Origin: the human T2T-CHM13v2.0 reference genome, Homo sapiens
Assembly: GCF_009914755.1 (NCBI RefSeq)
Contig: NC_060927.1
Length of the DNA: 64,000 nucleotides
Strand: one strand, 5' to 3'
The notes beneath the pieces were generated by a model. The model did no database searches, was not told where the DNA came from, and saw only the letters and a program-made list of their open reading frames with translations. Of this stretch, positions 1 through 23,019 are shown piece by piece. Both the position numbers and the translations under genes were made by a program. The first letter of the stretch is position 1. Each line of letters opens with the position of its first letter.

Positions 1-290
1 GCTGGAAATCCAAGAGGAAGGCAGGTTTGGCTTCTCCTGAGGCCCTCTCCATGACCTGCACACAGTCTCCTTCTGGCTTTGTCCTCGTTTGGCCTTTTCC
101 CTGTGCATGTGCATCCCAGTGCATCTTCCTCTTTTATAAGAATGCCAGTCATGGAGGATTAGGACTCCACCCTTATGCACTCATTTAATCTTAATTACCT
201 CTTTAAAGGGCTCATCTCCAAATAGAGTCATGGGGGATGGGAGGTTAAGGCTTCAATTTATGAACAAGGGATACAATTCAGTCCATAACA
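1..290 (-). mobile_element. MLT1 (MLT1A/B-like) MaLR LTR, partial
   Basis: Ends in ACAATTCAGTCCATAACA (minus TGTTATGGACTGAATTGT, MLT1 5' terminus). Internal TTTAATCTTAATTACCTCTTTAAAGG...TCTCCAAATA is typical of MLT1. Confidence 0.7.
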
Positions 291-333
291 GGAGCCCAGT
301 TGATATCTCCAACTCTGAGAGTAAACAGAGGCC

Positions 334-748
<415 letters not shown>

Positions 749-1426
749 TAACAGTATACAACAACTTTCAAACTCCCTTCTGCAATGGACTACCAAAAAT
801 CAGAAAGCCACTATAAACCCAATGAAGTCTTCATCTGGTGCTCTGAACAGGGAAAGTTTAGAGTGAGGGTTGACATTTCACATTTAGCATGTTGTTTAAC
901 AACTTTTCACAAGCCGACCCTGACTTTCAGTAAGTGAAAATGGCAGAATTTATCTGAAGATCCACAATCTAGAAATGGAACCACTGCTCTTTTGACAGGT
1001 GCCATCTCAGTGGCATCACTGGAAAGTCCAGATTGCCTGACACACTGGTAACCAACGACTAGGGGTCAGGTCCCAACAGATGTCTGGGCTTAAGGGAGTT
1101 AAGTCTATGCTGAAAGATGGAAAGGGAGAAGAAGAAATAAAAACAAATTTGTTTTTCCATACCACAAGGCTTTTGTGCCAAGGTGGCCATGTGTGTCAAA
1201 GTCAGGGAATCCCTCCTCCTGGGAGCCAAGAGGAAGTCTCTCAAAACTAGAAGGGAAAGGTGTTTTCTCCACATCGATCCAGCTTTGGAGACATTCTATT
1301 AGTGACATATGCCCCTTCCCCCCAAAACAATGAAGTGTTCTGTGTGCTAACAACATACCTTTAAAAAAAAAAAAGTAAAACAAAATTCTGCATCTTTATA
1401 AAACTTGATAAAAAATAGTATTTCAA

Positions 1427-2157
<731 letters not shown>

Positions 2158-2579
2158 TCATACTGCTCCGATATCTGACTTTTTAAAGCCCTGGTCAGGA
2201 ATATGCTGAGTCACCCCTGACTCCCACCTCTAGTTGTAACTTACATTGGTTTGTTCTTCCATTTACTTATATCACAAGTATTTATTGAGTTCCAATTATG
2301 TGCCCGGCACTATATCAGTACTGGGGACATGGATGTTGACATTGGACAGGTGACTGCAGTGCCATATGACAGAGGCATGCTCACAGCGCTTATGGTCAGG
2401 CTGTTGGTGGGATGCCCTGCAAGCAAAGACACCAGACAAGGCTTTCTAGAGGACATGCGATGGGAACCCAGTTCTGAAATACAAGGCAGAATTATCTGGT
2501 TGGGGAGTGGATTTGTTTAATCAGTGGGTCCCTATTTGCCTAGACTTGTACAGGAGAGGAAGGTAGAGTTTATATAAAA

Positions 2580-2743
2580 CTTTTCTACTCCAGGTGTGGC
2601 CCACAGATCAGGAGTACTGGAATCAGCTGGGAGCTTCTCAGATAGACTCACTCTCAGAGTCCATCCCAGGCTTACTGAATCAAAAGCTACAGTTTAACAA
2701 GCTCCCCAGGGCACAGGTGAACATTAAAATTTGGGAAACACTG
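2580..2743. mobile_element. MER5A-like hAT-Charlie DNA transposon fragment
   Basis: ACTGAATCAAAA..CAGTTTAACAAGCTCCCCAGG...TTTGGGAAACACTG motif characteristic of MER5A. Confidence 0.55.
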
Positions 2744-3418
2744 ATGCGGTGCAATCCCATTGCTTCACAGATGGACAAACCAAGACCCAGAGAACAAGTG
2801 ATTCTTTTAAGATAATACAGATAACACAGCATTAACAGGAAAGAAAGAAAAGTCTTAAATCTAAATTCAACACTCCCCTTCAGTCCGATGGATTGACACA
2901 TTTCCCAGTCCACCTACAACTTTCACATCACATTATGATGCCAGATCTTTCTACCAACAAGCCCTTTGGCTATGCCTAGAGGACTCATTATTAGCTCTCA
3001 CTGATCAGGTGAGAACATGGGGGCCCCAAAAACGGACCTCTATTGACACTGTTTCTGATTTGGGAGCGTTTGGGCTGCTTTGTGGGTGTCTTTTATATTC
3101 TTCATTTATTTACTTAAATGGCAGACATTGCTAATTGTTTGGGTCAGGGAATATCAAGCCTTGAGCCTGGTTTAAGGTGCTTTGAGACCCTTACACCCCT
3201 AGACACCTCACAGAAGCAAATGTAGAGACTTTCTGAAGGAAAGGGCCTTCAACATAGGCCTCATATCATTTCTACACATAGTTTTTCAAATGCAGTGTCC
3301 AGGCTGGGCACAGTGGCTCACGCCTATAATCCCAGCACTTTGGTAGGCTGAAGTGGATCACCTGAGGTCAGGAGTTTGAGACCAGCCTGGCCAACATGGT
3401 GAAACCCCATCTCTACTA

Positions 3419-3574
<156 letters not shown>

Positions 3575-3935
3575 TCAAACAAAACAAAACAAAAAAACCC
3601 AAAAGCAGTGTCCAGCACACAGTCGTAGATAACTCATAGAGTACAAGACTGGCAATTGGCAGGAAAAAAAGACAAATAATAGAAACAGATCTGCAAAGAG
3701 TTCAAATATTGAATTATCAGATGTAGACTTTTTAAACAAATAGCTGAATTTATTTTATTTCATTTTATTTTTCTTTTTAGATTAGGATTAACCTTGTGGA
3801 GCAGAGATAACTCATAGGCAGTACACACACAGTCAGCCTGAATTTTTTTTAAGGCAAACTTGTTGATATATTCAATGAATTGGAAACTACGAAAATCAAT
3901 GTAGTCAATTTTTTTTTTTTTTTTTTTTTATCTGA

Positions 3936-4079
<144 letters not shown>

Positions 4080-4400
4080 TAATTTTTGTATTTTTAGTAG
4101 AGACAGGGTTTCACCATATTGGTCAGGCTGGTCTCAAACTCCTGACCTCGTAATCTGCCCGCCTCAGCATCCCAAAGTGCTGGGATTACAGGCGTGAGCC
4201 ACCGCACCAGCCTATGTAGTCTATTTTTAAAAGAACCAAATAGAACTTCTAGGGAAAAATGTAATAACAAACATATATGCATGTGTAAATATATATATAA
4301 ATGCCTACATGCTAAGTTCAGCAGATAGGTTTAATGACAAAAACTATAAAACTGAAGAGGGAAGTAGGGAATTGGGAGACAGGACTGGAGAACGTGATTC

Positions 4401-4945
4401 TGCTGCTGGACGGCGAGCCCCACAATTGGGGCTTAGCCCTGAAGAGTTCTCAGCTTCATCCAGGAAAGAATTCAAGGACAAGCCTGTGGTGTTAAATAGC
4501 AATCTTATTTGAATAGCACCTCTCCCTACAGAGCAGGGGTAACTCACAGGCAATGAACCCAGAGTCTGCAACGTATGGGCTGTTGGCAACTCTATCTACT
4601 TGTACCCACTTTCAATTACTTGTATATTAAGGGGCAAGCTGATGCAAATTGAGGGCCAAGTTATTTAGAAAGATCTAGTAAGTTACTACTCCTTTCCATG
4701 GCAATGACCCACAAAATTTGTCGTCATGGAAAGAGGCAGTAACTTCCGGGTCGTTGCCATGGCATTTGTAAACTGTCATGGCGCTGGCGGGCGTGTCCTA
4801 TGCTAATGAGCAATGAGGGCGGCTAGGGATTGCTTTTGTCGCCATCTGCTGGTTTCCACCGGTTTCTTCACTTCATCCTGTGTGGACCATCTTTTGGTCA
4901 GCAGGACTGTGACCAGAAGACAAGTCCTGCCAGTCTCCTACCTCA
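4401..4945 (-). mobile_element. ERV1 solo LTR (MER66/MER41-group-like)
   Basis: Minus 5' end TGAGGTAGGAGACTGGCAGGACTTG. Shares the GCCATGGCATTTGTAAACTGTCATGG core with the MER41 copies in this window. Confidence 0.65.
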
Positions 4946-7619
4946 TTTCCAAGAGACAAAAAGATAGGATGTGCAGCGGAATAGAAAAAAGACTTAGAAA
5001 ACATATTTTAAACATCTAATGAACATGTTGTCAGACACCCAGAAGGAGGAGTGAGAGAATGGGCAGTGACAAAATTGAAGATGGAGTGGCTGGAAAGAGG
5101 ACCTTCACAGCACCACCCACGAGTAAGGGGCTGCTGTAAAGAGACAGAGGTGGTCGCCATGCTCCTGCAGCCCAGTGGGTTCCTTTTTGGAATCAGAGAA
5201 TCAAAATAAAAGGGCCGAATTCCACCTCCAGTCTCATTCTTGGCTTCGATATTTCCCCTCCAGATGTCTTTTTATGTCTTTTTCATCTATTTCCAGTAGG
5301 TCCTTATTCTGTGTGAAAAAATTAAAAATCCGGTGTTTATTTTGGATTTCACAGACACAGCAGGCACAGTCCCTAGACAAAAATACATAACTCAGTGCTC
5401 AAGAAAGAGTTTTGTGTTTCCTGGTGCTGTGCATGTTAGAGGCACCTGGGACAGGGAGCAGATCTCTCTGGAGTCTGAGTGGCAGGTCTGCTGCCTGCAA
5501 ATGTGTGGTCTGTGCACCATACGAAGGTGCCTGCTAAGAGGACAGGGTCCTGAATTCCAGCCGTGGCTCTGCTTGACAAGCTGTGTGCTCCAGCTAGGGC
5601 CTAACAGAAGGCTGCCTTCTACCAAAGGTGTTACACCAAGCTATGAGGCCTGCATTTGCCCAGAGCAGGCCCTTTTTCTGTTTTGCACAAAAGCACTCAT
5701 TGATTAATGGTGTTCCACCCAACTGTCCACTGGAGAAGTATCTAACAAGAGACAAATCCATTCTCAGGTACTTCGCAAAGGCCAACCAAGGCTATGTAAT
5801 GGTGTGTGTGGGGTACAGCATGGTTGTAGGGTGGCCAACTGTGGGAACCCCACACTGAGGAGTTCCCTGCCATGTGTGGCTGCTATGCTAAAGTCAAGAC
5901 AGTGTCAGCAAACCCAGATGGTTGGTCATCTTACTCTTGGAGCTCCCTCAAGTTTGGGCAGCTTTTGACTGTCACTACAGAAAGGACTGAATTATTGGTG
6001 TTGCCCTTTCCCTTCCCCTGTTGTTCCCTTGCCTTGTGCTGACACTTACGTTTGTAGGGCACAGACCATGTCGCAGCAGGAGGAATTCTCCCCATACAAA
6101 CTTCTATCTCTGACCTTCTGGTTGTTATACAGAAAAGTACTCATATTTTATGGCCAGGTGTGGCAGCTCATGCTTTTAATCCCAGCACTTTGGGAGGCTG
6201 AGGCAGGTGGCTCACTTGAAGCCAAGAGTTCTTTTTTTTTTTTTTTTTTTTTTGAGACAGTCTCATTCTGTCACCCAGTGGAGTACAGTGGCACAATCTT
6301 GGCTCACTGCAACCTCCACCTCCTGGTCAAGTGATTCTCCTGCCTCAGCCTCCCAAGTAGCTGGGACTAGAGGGATGGGCCACCATGCCTGGCTAATTTT
6401 TGTATTTTTAGTAGAGACGGGGTTTTGACATGTTGGTCTGGAACTCCTGAACTCAGGTGATCAACCTGCATCGGCCTCCCAAAGTGCTGGGATTACAGGC
6501 GGAAGCCACCATGCCCAACCAGCCTGGGCAACATAATGAGACCCCATCTTACAAAAAGTAGTAAAAATTAGCTGGTGTGTGCTTGTAGCCCTAGCTACTC
6601 AGGAGACTGAGGTGGGACAATTTCTTGAGCCCAGCAGTCAAGGCTGCAGTGTGCTATGATTGCACCACTGAAATCCAGCCTGAGTGCTAGAGCAAGACCC
6701 TGTCTCTGTAACAACAACAACAAAAAACTAAATGAAAATATTTTAGGCCAGGCGCGGTGGCTCACCCATGTAATCCCAGCACTTTGGGAGGCCGAGGGGG
6801 AGTGGATCACGTGAGATCAGGAGTTCAAGACCTCGCCAGTATGGTGAGATCCCCGTCTCTACTAAAAATACAAAAATTAGCTGGGCGTGGCGATGCGTGC
6901 CTGTAGTCCCAGCTACTCGGGAGGCTGAGGCAGGAGAATCGCTTGAACCCGGGGGGGCAGAGGTTGCAATGAGCCGAGATCACGCCACCGCATTCCAGCC
7001 TGGGGGACACAGTGAGACTCTGTCTTGGAAAAAAAAAAAAGAAAATATTTTATGGTACTGAATTTCTTGCCAGTGTATTTTTCTGTACATATTTTTATAT
7101 AGTTCAGAACAGATTGTATAATTTTATATCTAGCTTTTTTAAACTTAACATTATAATGTGAACATTCTATTAAAATGTTGAAAACTTTTTTTCTTAGACA
7201 CAATGTTCATTGACTATATTCTGTTCCATCATATGGCTATATCTTAGCTTGACCCCCCTACCAGTCATCTAGACTGGGGCAACAAACTTTTCCTTAAAGG
7301 TCCAGATAGCCAGGCGCGGTGGCTCACACCTGTAATCCCAGCACTTTGGGAGACCGACGCAGGATGATCACTTTGAGTCCAGGAGTTTGAGACGAGCCTG
7401 GGCAACATAGCAACACCCCGTTTCTCTAAAAAAAAAAAAAAAAAAAAGAAAACAAAAACAAGATCCAGATAGTAAATATTTTAGGCTTTATTGGCCAGAT
7501 AGTCTCTGCCCTTGTAGCATGAAAGGAGCCATAAGCCATAAACAATACATATACGGGTGTGGCTGTATTTAACACAACTTTACCAGAATAAAAGGAGGAC
7601 TAGATGATTCTCTGGGTCA

Positions 7620-8159
7620 TGTAACAGAGTCCAAAGAGTGTACTACTCACTGCATGACATTTAATAAGTCAAGAGACAAGGGGTTGAGGCAAGGAAAGTG
7701 ACTTTTATTCAGAGAGCCAGCAAATCAAGAAAATGGAAGAGTAGTGTCCTGAAGAACCATTTTTAAGTCAATACAAATTTCAGGCTCCTTTTACATGAGA
7801 GGAAGGGGGAAGAGGGAGGGAGTTGAGGTCAAGAAGTGGCCAGTGATCACATCTGGGTGGTGGCAAGGGTCCAAGGAGGTGGTGAAACTTTGTCCTTGGT
7901 CAGGTCACAGTGCTCTTATAAATCTTTAACATAACATTATTACTTGCATACATCCTCCTTATCTCCTCAGGGGTTAGTTTTGGGGGAGGCACTATTACCA
8001 TCCTTGCTCTAAACTATAAACTAAATTCCTTCTATAGTTAGCTTGGCCTATGTGCAGAGATAAGCAAAAGCAGTTAACCTAAAAGATACAGGTTATCGCT
8101 GCAGGGGGGTTAGGAGCAAAATGGAGTTAGTCACGCTAGGCCTCCTTGTCACTGTTATA
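7620..8159 (-). mobile_element. ERV1 solo LTR (MER4-group)
   Basis: TGTAAC terminus, minus-strand AATAAA at 7704-7709, and the AAACTATAAACTAAATTCCT core shared with the LTR8-type copies here. Confidence 0.6.
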
Positions 8160-9214
8160 GCCATAGCTTGTGGATCTCTGGTTTAGACTATTTATAATGT
8201 TTGGTACTATAAATAATGCAGCTAATGAATATCTTTGTGAAGAAGTCCTTGAATATGTCAGATTATCTCTTAGGAAACAATCCTACAAATTGAGTTACTA
8301 GAACAAAAAAAAAGTATGGCTATTTTTAAGGTCCTTGATCCATAATATGGGATACAAGTCGAAGTAGCTTTCTGAATAGCCACCTAACCTTAACTCAGCA
8401 TCATTCTTGGACCCTGCCCATGTCCCTGGGAATCCCTGGAACTAACATTTCTTTGGTTCTTTTTTTTTTTTTTTTAAGAGTCGGGGTCTCACTCTGCTGC
8501 CCAGGCTGGAGAACAGTGGCACAATCATGGCTCACTGCAACCTTGAATTCCTGGCCTCAAATTATACTCCCTCTCACCCTCCCGAAGTGCTGGGATTATA
8601 GGCATGAGCATCTGTGCCCGGCCACTTTTCATTAGTCCTAAGCACACACCACCAAGTTCAGTTTTCCTGAGATGCCTCCATTCTCCAGATCATTCAGCCC
8701 CTTTACAGTGGACAATTATGCTTATCTATTTCTGCCTAAATCATCTATCTATGTGCTACCTTTTCCTTCCCAACCCAATTGTTTAAAGATGACAGACTAG
8801 ACCAGGCACCATGGCTCATGCCTGTAATCCCAGCACTTTGGGAGGCAGAGGCAGGAGGATCTCGAACCCAGGAGTTTGAGACCAGCCTGGGCAATATAAG
8901 GAGACTCTGTCTTTACAAAAATAAAATTAGCCACACATGCTGGCACACACCTTCAGTCCCAGCTACTTGGAGGCTGAGGTAGGAGGATTGCTTGGGCCTG
9001 GGAGGCAGAGGTTGCAATGAGTCATGATCAGGCCACTGCACTCCAGCCTGGCAACAGAGGGAGACTTGCTTCAAAAAAAAAAAAAAAAAAAAAGACAGAC
9101 TAAGCATGTGTACCTAGTTAGGATCCTTCTGGAAACCCCACGAAAATGACAGCAAAAGGATATTTTTATCACATAAACCCCATACAACTGATTAAATTTG
9201 GGAGAACATTAGAA

Positions 9215-10115
9215 ACAAGGACATTCTATCATTTGCAACAACATGGGTGAACCTGGAAGATATTATGCTAAGTGAAATAAGCCAGATTCAGAAAGACAAA
9301 TACCACATGATTTCACTTATACGTGGAATTTTAAAAAGTTGAACTCACAGCAGCAGAAAGTAGAATGGTGGTTACCAGAGGCTGGGGGAGGAGAGGAGTA
9401 GGGGAGATGTTGACCAAAGGGCACACATTTCAGTTAGCCAGGGGGAATACGTTTTTGAGATCTACTGTACATGGTGACCATAGTCAATAATAATGTATAC
9501 TTTGAAGGAGCATCTGGAATTTTACCCCCAGATATGGCTCCCTGGTATAATGAGTATTTTGAATTAAATGTCCTTAGCAATCAACAGATGCTAGAAGAAA
9601 CCTTTTCCCTATCTACATAAAGACCTAAGGGATCCACCAAGGAAAACAATTACTAAGTTTTTATTCCATTTCTCCTATTAATCTGCATTTGGTGAGTGAT
9701 TTTTTAGTTATTCTTCAGAGGGCAAAGGGGAAGTTTGTTCCTGGCCCCTACAGTTTCAAAATTGTAAAAATAATAACAATAATGAATTTTTTAAATTACA
9801 CATTTATTTTTACTTTTTTTTTTTTTTATTAGAGACAGGGTATTGCTATGTTGCCCAGGCTGGTGTCTGGAACCCCTGAATTCCTGGGCTCAAGCAATCT
9901 TCCTGCCTTGGCCTCTCAAAGTGTTGGAATTACAGGTGTGAGCCACCATGCTTGGCCAAGAATAGATTTTACATGTTCTCAATACAAAGAAAAAGAAGTA
10001 TGTGAGGAGTGTGATATGCTAATTAGCTTCATATAATCATTCCACAATGTATACATCTATTACTATCAAAACATCATATTTATCCCATATATATATTATT
10101 TGTCAATTAAAAATG
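9215..10115 (+). mobile_element. Old L1M (L1MA/MB) 3' end interrupted by a MER34-like LTR fragment (~9503-9752) and an Alu monomer
   Basis: L1M 3'UTR motifs TCATTTGCAACAACATGG and AGTAGAATGGTGGTTACCAGAGGCTGGGG. Confidence 0.6.
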
Positions 10116-11408
10116 TAAATTTTCATTTAAAATTTTGAAGGGCTAGAAAACAGGATAAATAGCAACTGACTTAGCAGGCTTGTGAAGCTGAGTCTTAAGC
10201 CAGCAGGGATGAAAGTCAAGAAGCAACTCAACTTGCATTGAGACTCCCATAGAGTTTTGTGACCAGGCTTTGGTAGTACCAGCTACGTCTAGTATAAGTG
10301 GGGGTGTGTATAAGACTGAATACAGGAGAATTGGTTGGAAGTCAGTAAGAAGAAGTTAGAACCCTAAATCTCTCCTGCAAGTCCACACAGCCAGACTGTA
10401 CATCCCCCACCCCAGAATAAGACTGTAAGTTGAAAACAAAAGGTCTCTGGATAAAGGGTTACCAGGCAAAATTAGGGTTGAGGTACTATACTGAAAACAA
10501 TATCATACTGGAAGATTATTTTCTGTGGTTCATATAATACAAAAGCACAGCCAGATATCCTACAAAGAATCCCAGGTTCCAGACTTTTGTTTGAGACCTG
10601 AAAAAGAAACAAAAAAGAGATAAAAGAAAACAAAATAAGTAAAAACCAATAAATAAAATGAAGCCCATGTTGACAACTCCACCTCATGTGCTCAGAGCTT
10701 CCAAGCAGCTTTTAAGCTCCGCATTAAAAAAAAATATGAATGGAAAACCAAGGGTCACCACACATCTGAGAAAAGCTCCTAATAAAGATAGAGACCAAAA
10801 CAGGAAATAAAGAAAAAAATAGAGAAAACGAGACTATGCAGAGAGAAATTAAATATTAATGGACAAGAAGTTGGGTGCAGTTGCTCACACCTGTAATTTC
10901 AGCACTTTGGGGGGCCGAGGCAGGAGGATCGCTTTAGGCCAGGAGTTCAGGACCAGCCTGGGCAACATAGCGAGACCATCTCTCTGTAAGAAAAAAAAAT
11001 TAGTTGGGTGTGATGGCACACACCTGTAGCCTCAGCTACTCGGGAGACTGAGGTAGGAGGATCACTTGAGCCCAGGAGTTCCAGGCTGAGGTGAGCTGTG
11101 ATCACGCCACTGCACTCCAGCCCAGGCAAAGACACTTCAACTCTAGAAGAATGAATATGATTTTGTTGGATAGGGTTGAGTTTTTGAAGGCCACAGATCA
11201 CTGTTATATAAAACATTCTCTTGTCAATCCCCAAAGAACCAATTTTTGCCCCCTTGGGGGACAATTACTGCCCCTCTTAGAGACCCCTTCTCTACTGAAA
11301 TGCATGCTTTAGAGAAATAACACATTGCATCTGTGAAATAATGGGTTACTATTTTTAAAATGAACACTGAAGTGAGAAAGAGAAGTAGCTCAGAGAAGTC
11401 TGAAAAAT

Positions 11409-12277
<869 letters not shown>

Positions 12278-12304
12278 AATAAAAAAGAGCTCTTAGAATT
12301 GTAG

Positions 12305-13925
12305 TGTTACCAGAAAGGGATCCCAATCCAGACCCCAGGAGAGGGTTCTTGGACCTTGCACGAGAAAAGAATTTGGGACAAGTCTGCAAAGTGAAAGCAA
12401 GTTTATTAGAGAAGAAAAGAAACAAAAGAATGGCTCCTCCATAGGCAGAGCAGAGGCATGGGCTGCTCTATGAGTAAACTTATGGTTATTTCTTGCTTAT
12501 ATGCTACATATGGGGTGGATTATTCATGAGTTTTCTGGCAAAGGGTGGGCAATTTCCAGAACTGAGGGTTCCTCCCCTTTTTAGAATATGTAGGGTAACT
12601 TCCAGGCACTGCCATGGCATTTGTAAATTGTCATGGTGCTGGTGGGAGTGTCTTTTAGCATGCTAATGCATTATAGCTAGCATATAATTGTTACCAGCAG
12701 CAAAGCCACATGGGGCTGCAGCAACTAGATGCCTGCTTCCTTGGAGGACAGAATTCAGCCAAGGGGCAGAAGCAGGTTTAAGGCAGAGGGAGAGATTGAG
12801 ACAACTTTTAGAGCAGGAATGAGAGTTTATTAAAAAGTTTTAGAGCAGGAATGAAAGGAAGCAAAGTCCACTTGGAAGAGGGCCAAGTGGGTGACTTGAG
12901 AGATCCAAGTGCCCTTTTCAGCCCTTGACTTGAGGTTTTATACATGGGCATGGTTCCAGGGTTTCTGCTTCTCTTCCCTTAATTGTCCCCTTGGGGTGGG
13001 CTGTGTGTATGTGCAGTATGTTTACTGAAGTTGTACACATGCTAAGTTGAGGTGTGTTTCCATTACCAGTCAAGTGTTCCCAGAGGAAGGTCATACACCC
13101 ATTAAACTCTGCTGTTTTGCCTCTTAGTGAACGTGCCTTAGTCCACTTGCCCAACTCCAAAGATCTTACCAGGAAGCTGCTGATTACCAGTTTTCGGTGT
13201 TTCCTTTTCTTTTTTTTTTTGAGACAGAGTTTCACTCTTGTCACTCAGGCTGGAGTACAATGGTGCAATCTCAGCTCACTGAAACCTCTGCCTCCCAGGT
13301 TCAAGCGATTCTCCAGCCTTGCCTCCTGAGTAGCTGGGATTACAGGCATGCACCACTACGCCCGGCTAATTTTGTATTTTTAGCAGAGATGGGGGGTGGT
13401 TCTCACCATGTTGCCCAGGCTGGTCTTGAACTCCTGACCTCAGGTGATCCACCTGCCTCAGCCTCCCAAAGTGCTGGGATTACAAGCATGAGCCATGGTG
13501 CCCAGTTAGTTTCAGGTGTTTTCTATCTATTGGGAGATTGTCTTTCTCTGGCACTGGCTACAACCAATTGTTATTTTAGAGAGACAGTTTAACAACTGCC
13601 TGACCATCATCTGATGATCACCTGACATTCCTGGAGACAGGGCCCTCCCCTGCCCTGCTCATGTCTGCCTAACTACCGATTCTAACATAATGAACAGTGA
13701 GGATGACCAGAGGTCACTTTCATTACCATCTTGGATTTGGCAGGTTTTGGCCAGCTTCTTTACTGTATCCTGTTTTATCAGTAAGGTCTTTGTGACCTGT
13801 ATCTTGTGCCAACCTCCTATCTCATCCTGTGACTAAGAATGCCTAACTGCCTGGGAATGCAGCCCAGTAGGTCTCAGCTTTATTTTACCCAGCTCCTATT
13901 CACTTTGGTTCAAATGCCTCTGACA
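12305..13925 (-). mobile_element. MER41 (B-like) solo LTR with a nested MER50-like LTR (12689-13687), which itself contains an Alu
   Basis: Termini TGTTACC...GGTTCAAATGCCTCTGACA with 4-bp TSD GTAG/GTAG. The inner LTR is flanked by TSD TAAT/TAAT. Confidence 0.75.
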
Positions 13926-13926
13926 G

Positions 13927-15925
<1,999 letters not shown>

Positions 15926-16124
15926 TTGCCTGTACTCCTCCAGAATTTATTTTTTAATTTTAATTTTTTTTTTTGAGACGGAATTTCACTCTTATTGTCC
16001 AGGCTGGAGCGCAATGGCGCAATCTCGGCTCACCACAACCTCCACCTCCTGGGTTCAAGAGATTCTCCTGCCTCAGTCTCCTGAGTAGCTGGGATTACAG
16101 GCATGCGCCACCACGCCCGGCTAA

Positions 16125-16409
<285 letters not shown>

Positions 16410-16595
16410 TAAGACTCCATCTCAAGGGAAAAAAAAAAGATTGTAAGTTAAATCTCCTAGAAAGCCAAACACTTGTCAGATAGTGAAAAAAGAAGAGAAC
16501 AGATTGTAAATTTATAGCATCAGTTCAGTAGTTTCAACATTTTAATAAGGAGGCTAGGGGACACAATGGGTCACGCCTGTAATCCCAGCACTTCA

Positions 16596-17758
<1,163 letters not shown>

Positions 17759-18124
17759 ATGGCAGCGGGGGAGATGTGATCTAGCCAATCTCCATCTTGC
17801 TTTTAGCCTTCTTTTTTTTTAATCCTCCATGCACATTTTTGTGCTCCACTCTACTAAAATGTTACATTGCAGAACAATTCCAGATCCTGTAACTTAGGTC
17901 CTGTATGTTGACAGTATTTATTTTTATTATACTTTAAGTTTTAGGGAACAAAACGTGCAGGTTTATTACATATATATACATGCGCCATGTTGGTGTGTCG
18001 CACCCAATAACTCGTCATTTAACATTAGGTATATCTCCTAATGCTATCCCTCCCCCCTCCCCCGACCCCACAATAGGCCCCGGTGTGTGATGTTCCCCTT
18101 CCTGTGTCCATGTGTTCTCACTGT

Positions 18125-21949
<3,825 letters not shown>

Positions 21950-22012
21950 TATGATGTTAGCTGGTTATTTTGCTCGTTAGTTGATGAAGTTTCTTCCTAG
22001 TCTCGATGGTCT

Positions 22013-23019
22013 TTACAATTTGGCATGTTTTTGCAGTGGCTGGTACCGGTTGTTCCTTTCCATGTTTAGTGCTTCCTTCAGGAGTTCTTTTAGGGCAGGC
22101 CTGGTGGTGACAAAATCTCTCAGCATTTGCTTGTCTGTATTTTATTTCTCCTTCACTTATGAAGTTTAGTTTGGCTGGATATGAAATTCTGGGTTGAAAA
22201 TTCTTTTCTTTAAGAATGTTGAATATTGGCCCCCACTCTCTTCTGGCTTGTAGAGTTTCTGCTGAGAGATCAGCTGTTAGTCTGATGGGCTTCCCTTTGT
22301 GAGTAATCCGATCTTTCTCTCTGGCTGCCCTTAACATTTTTTCCTTCATTTCAACTTTGGTGAATCTGACAATTATGTGTCTTGGAGTTGCTCTTCTCGA
22401 GGAGTATCTTTGTGGTGTTCTCTGTATTTCCTGAATTTGAATGTTGGCCTGCCTTGCTAGATTGGGGAAGTTCTCCTGGATAATATCCTGCAGAGTGTTT
22501 TCCAACTTGGTTCCATTCTCCCCGTCACTTGCAGGTACACCAATCAAACGTAGATTTGGTCTTTTCCCAGAGTCCCATATTTCTTAGAGGCTTTGTTCAT
22601 TTCTTTTTCTTCTTTTTTCTCTAAACTTCTCATTTCATTTCATTCATTTGATCTTCCATCACTGATACCCTTTCTTCCAGTTGATTGAATCGGCTACTGA
22701 GGCTTGTGCATTTGTCACGTAGTTCTTGTGCCATGGTTTTCAGCTCCATCAGGTCATTTAAGGGCTTCTCTACGCTGGTTATTCTAGTTAGCCATTCGTC
22801 TAATCTTTTTTCAAGGTTTTTAACTTCTTTGCCATGGGTTCGAACTTCCTCCTTTAGCTCAGAGTAGTTTGATTGTCTGAAGCCTTCTTCTCTCAACTCA
22901 TCAAAGTCATTCTCCGTCCAGCTTTGTTCCATTGCTGGTGAGGAGCTGCGTTCCTTTGGAGGAGGAGAGGCACTCTGATTTTTAGAATTTTCAGTTTTTC
23001 TGCTCTGTTTTTTCCCCAT
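22013..23019 (-). pseudogene. L1 ORF1, frameshifted
   Basis: Fragments 22630-23019 and 21957-22547 match ORF1p (coiled coil; RRM segment RATPRHIIVRF). Confidence 0.9.
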
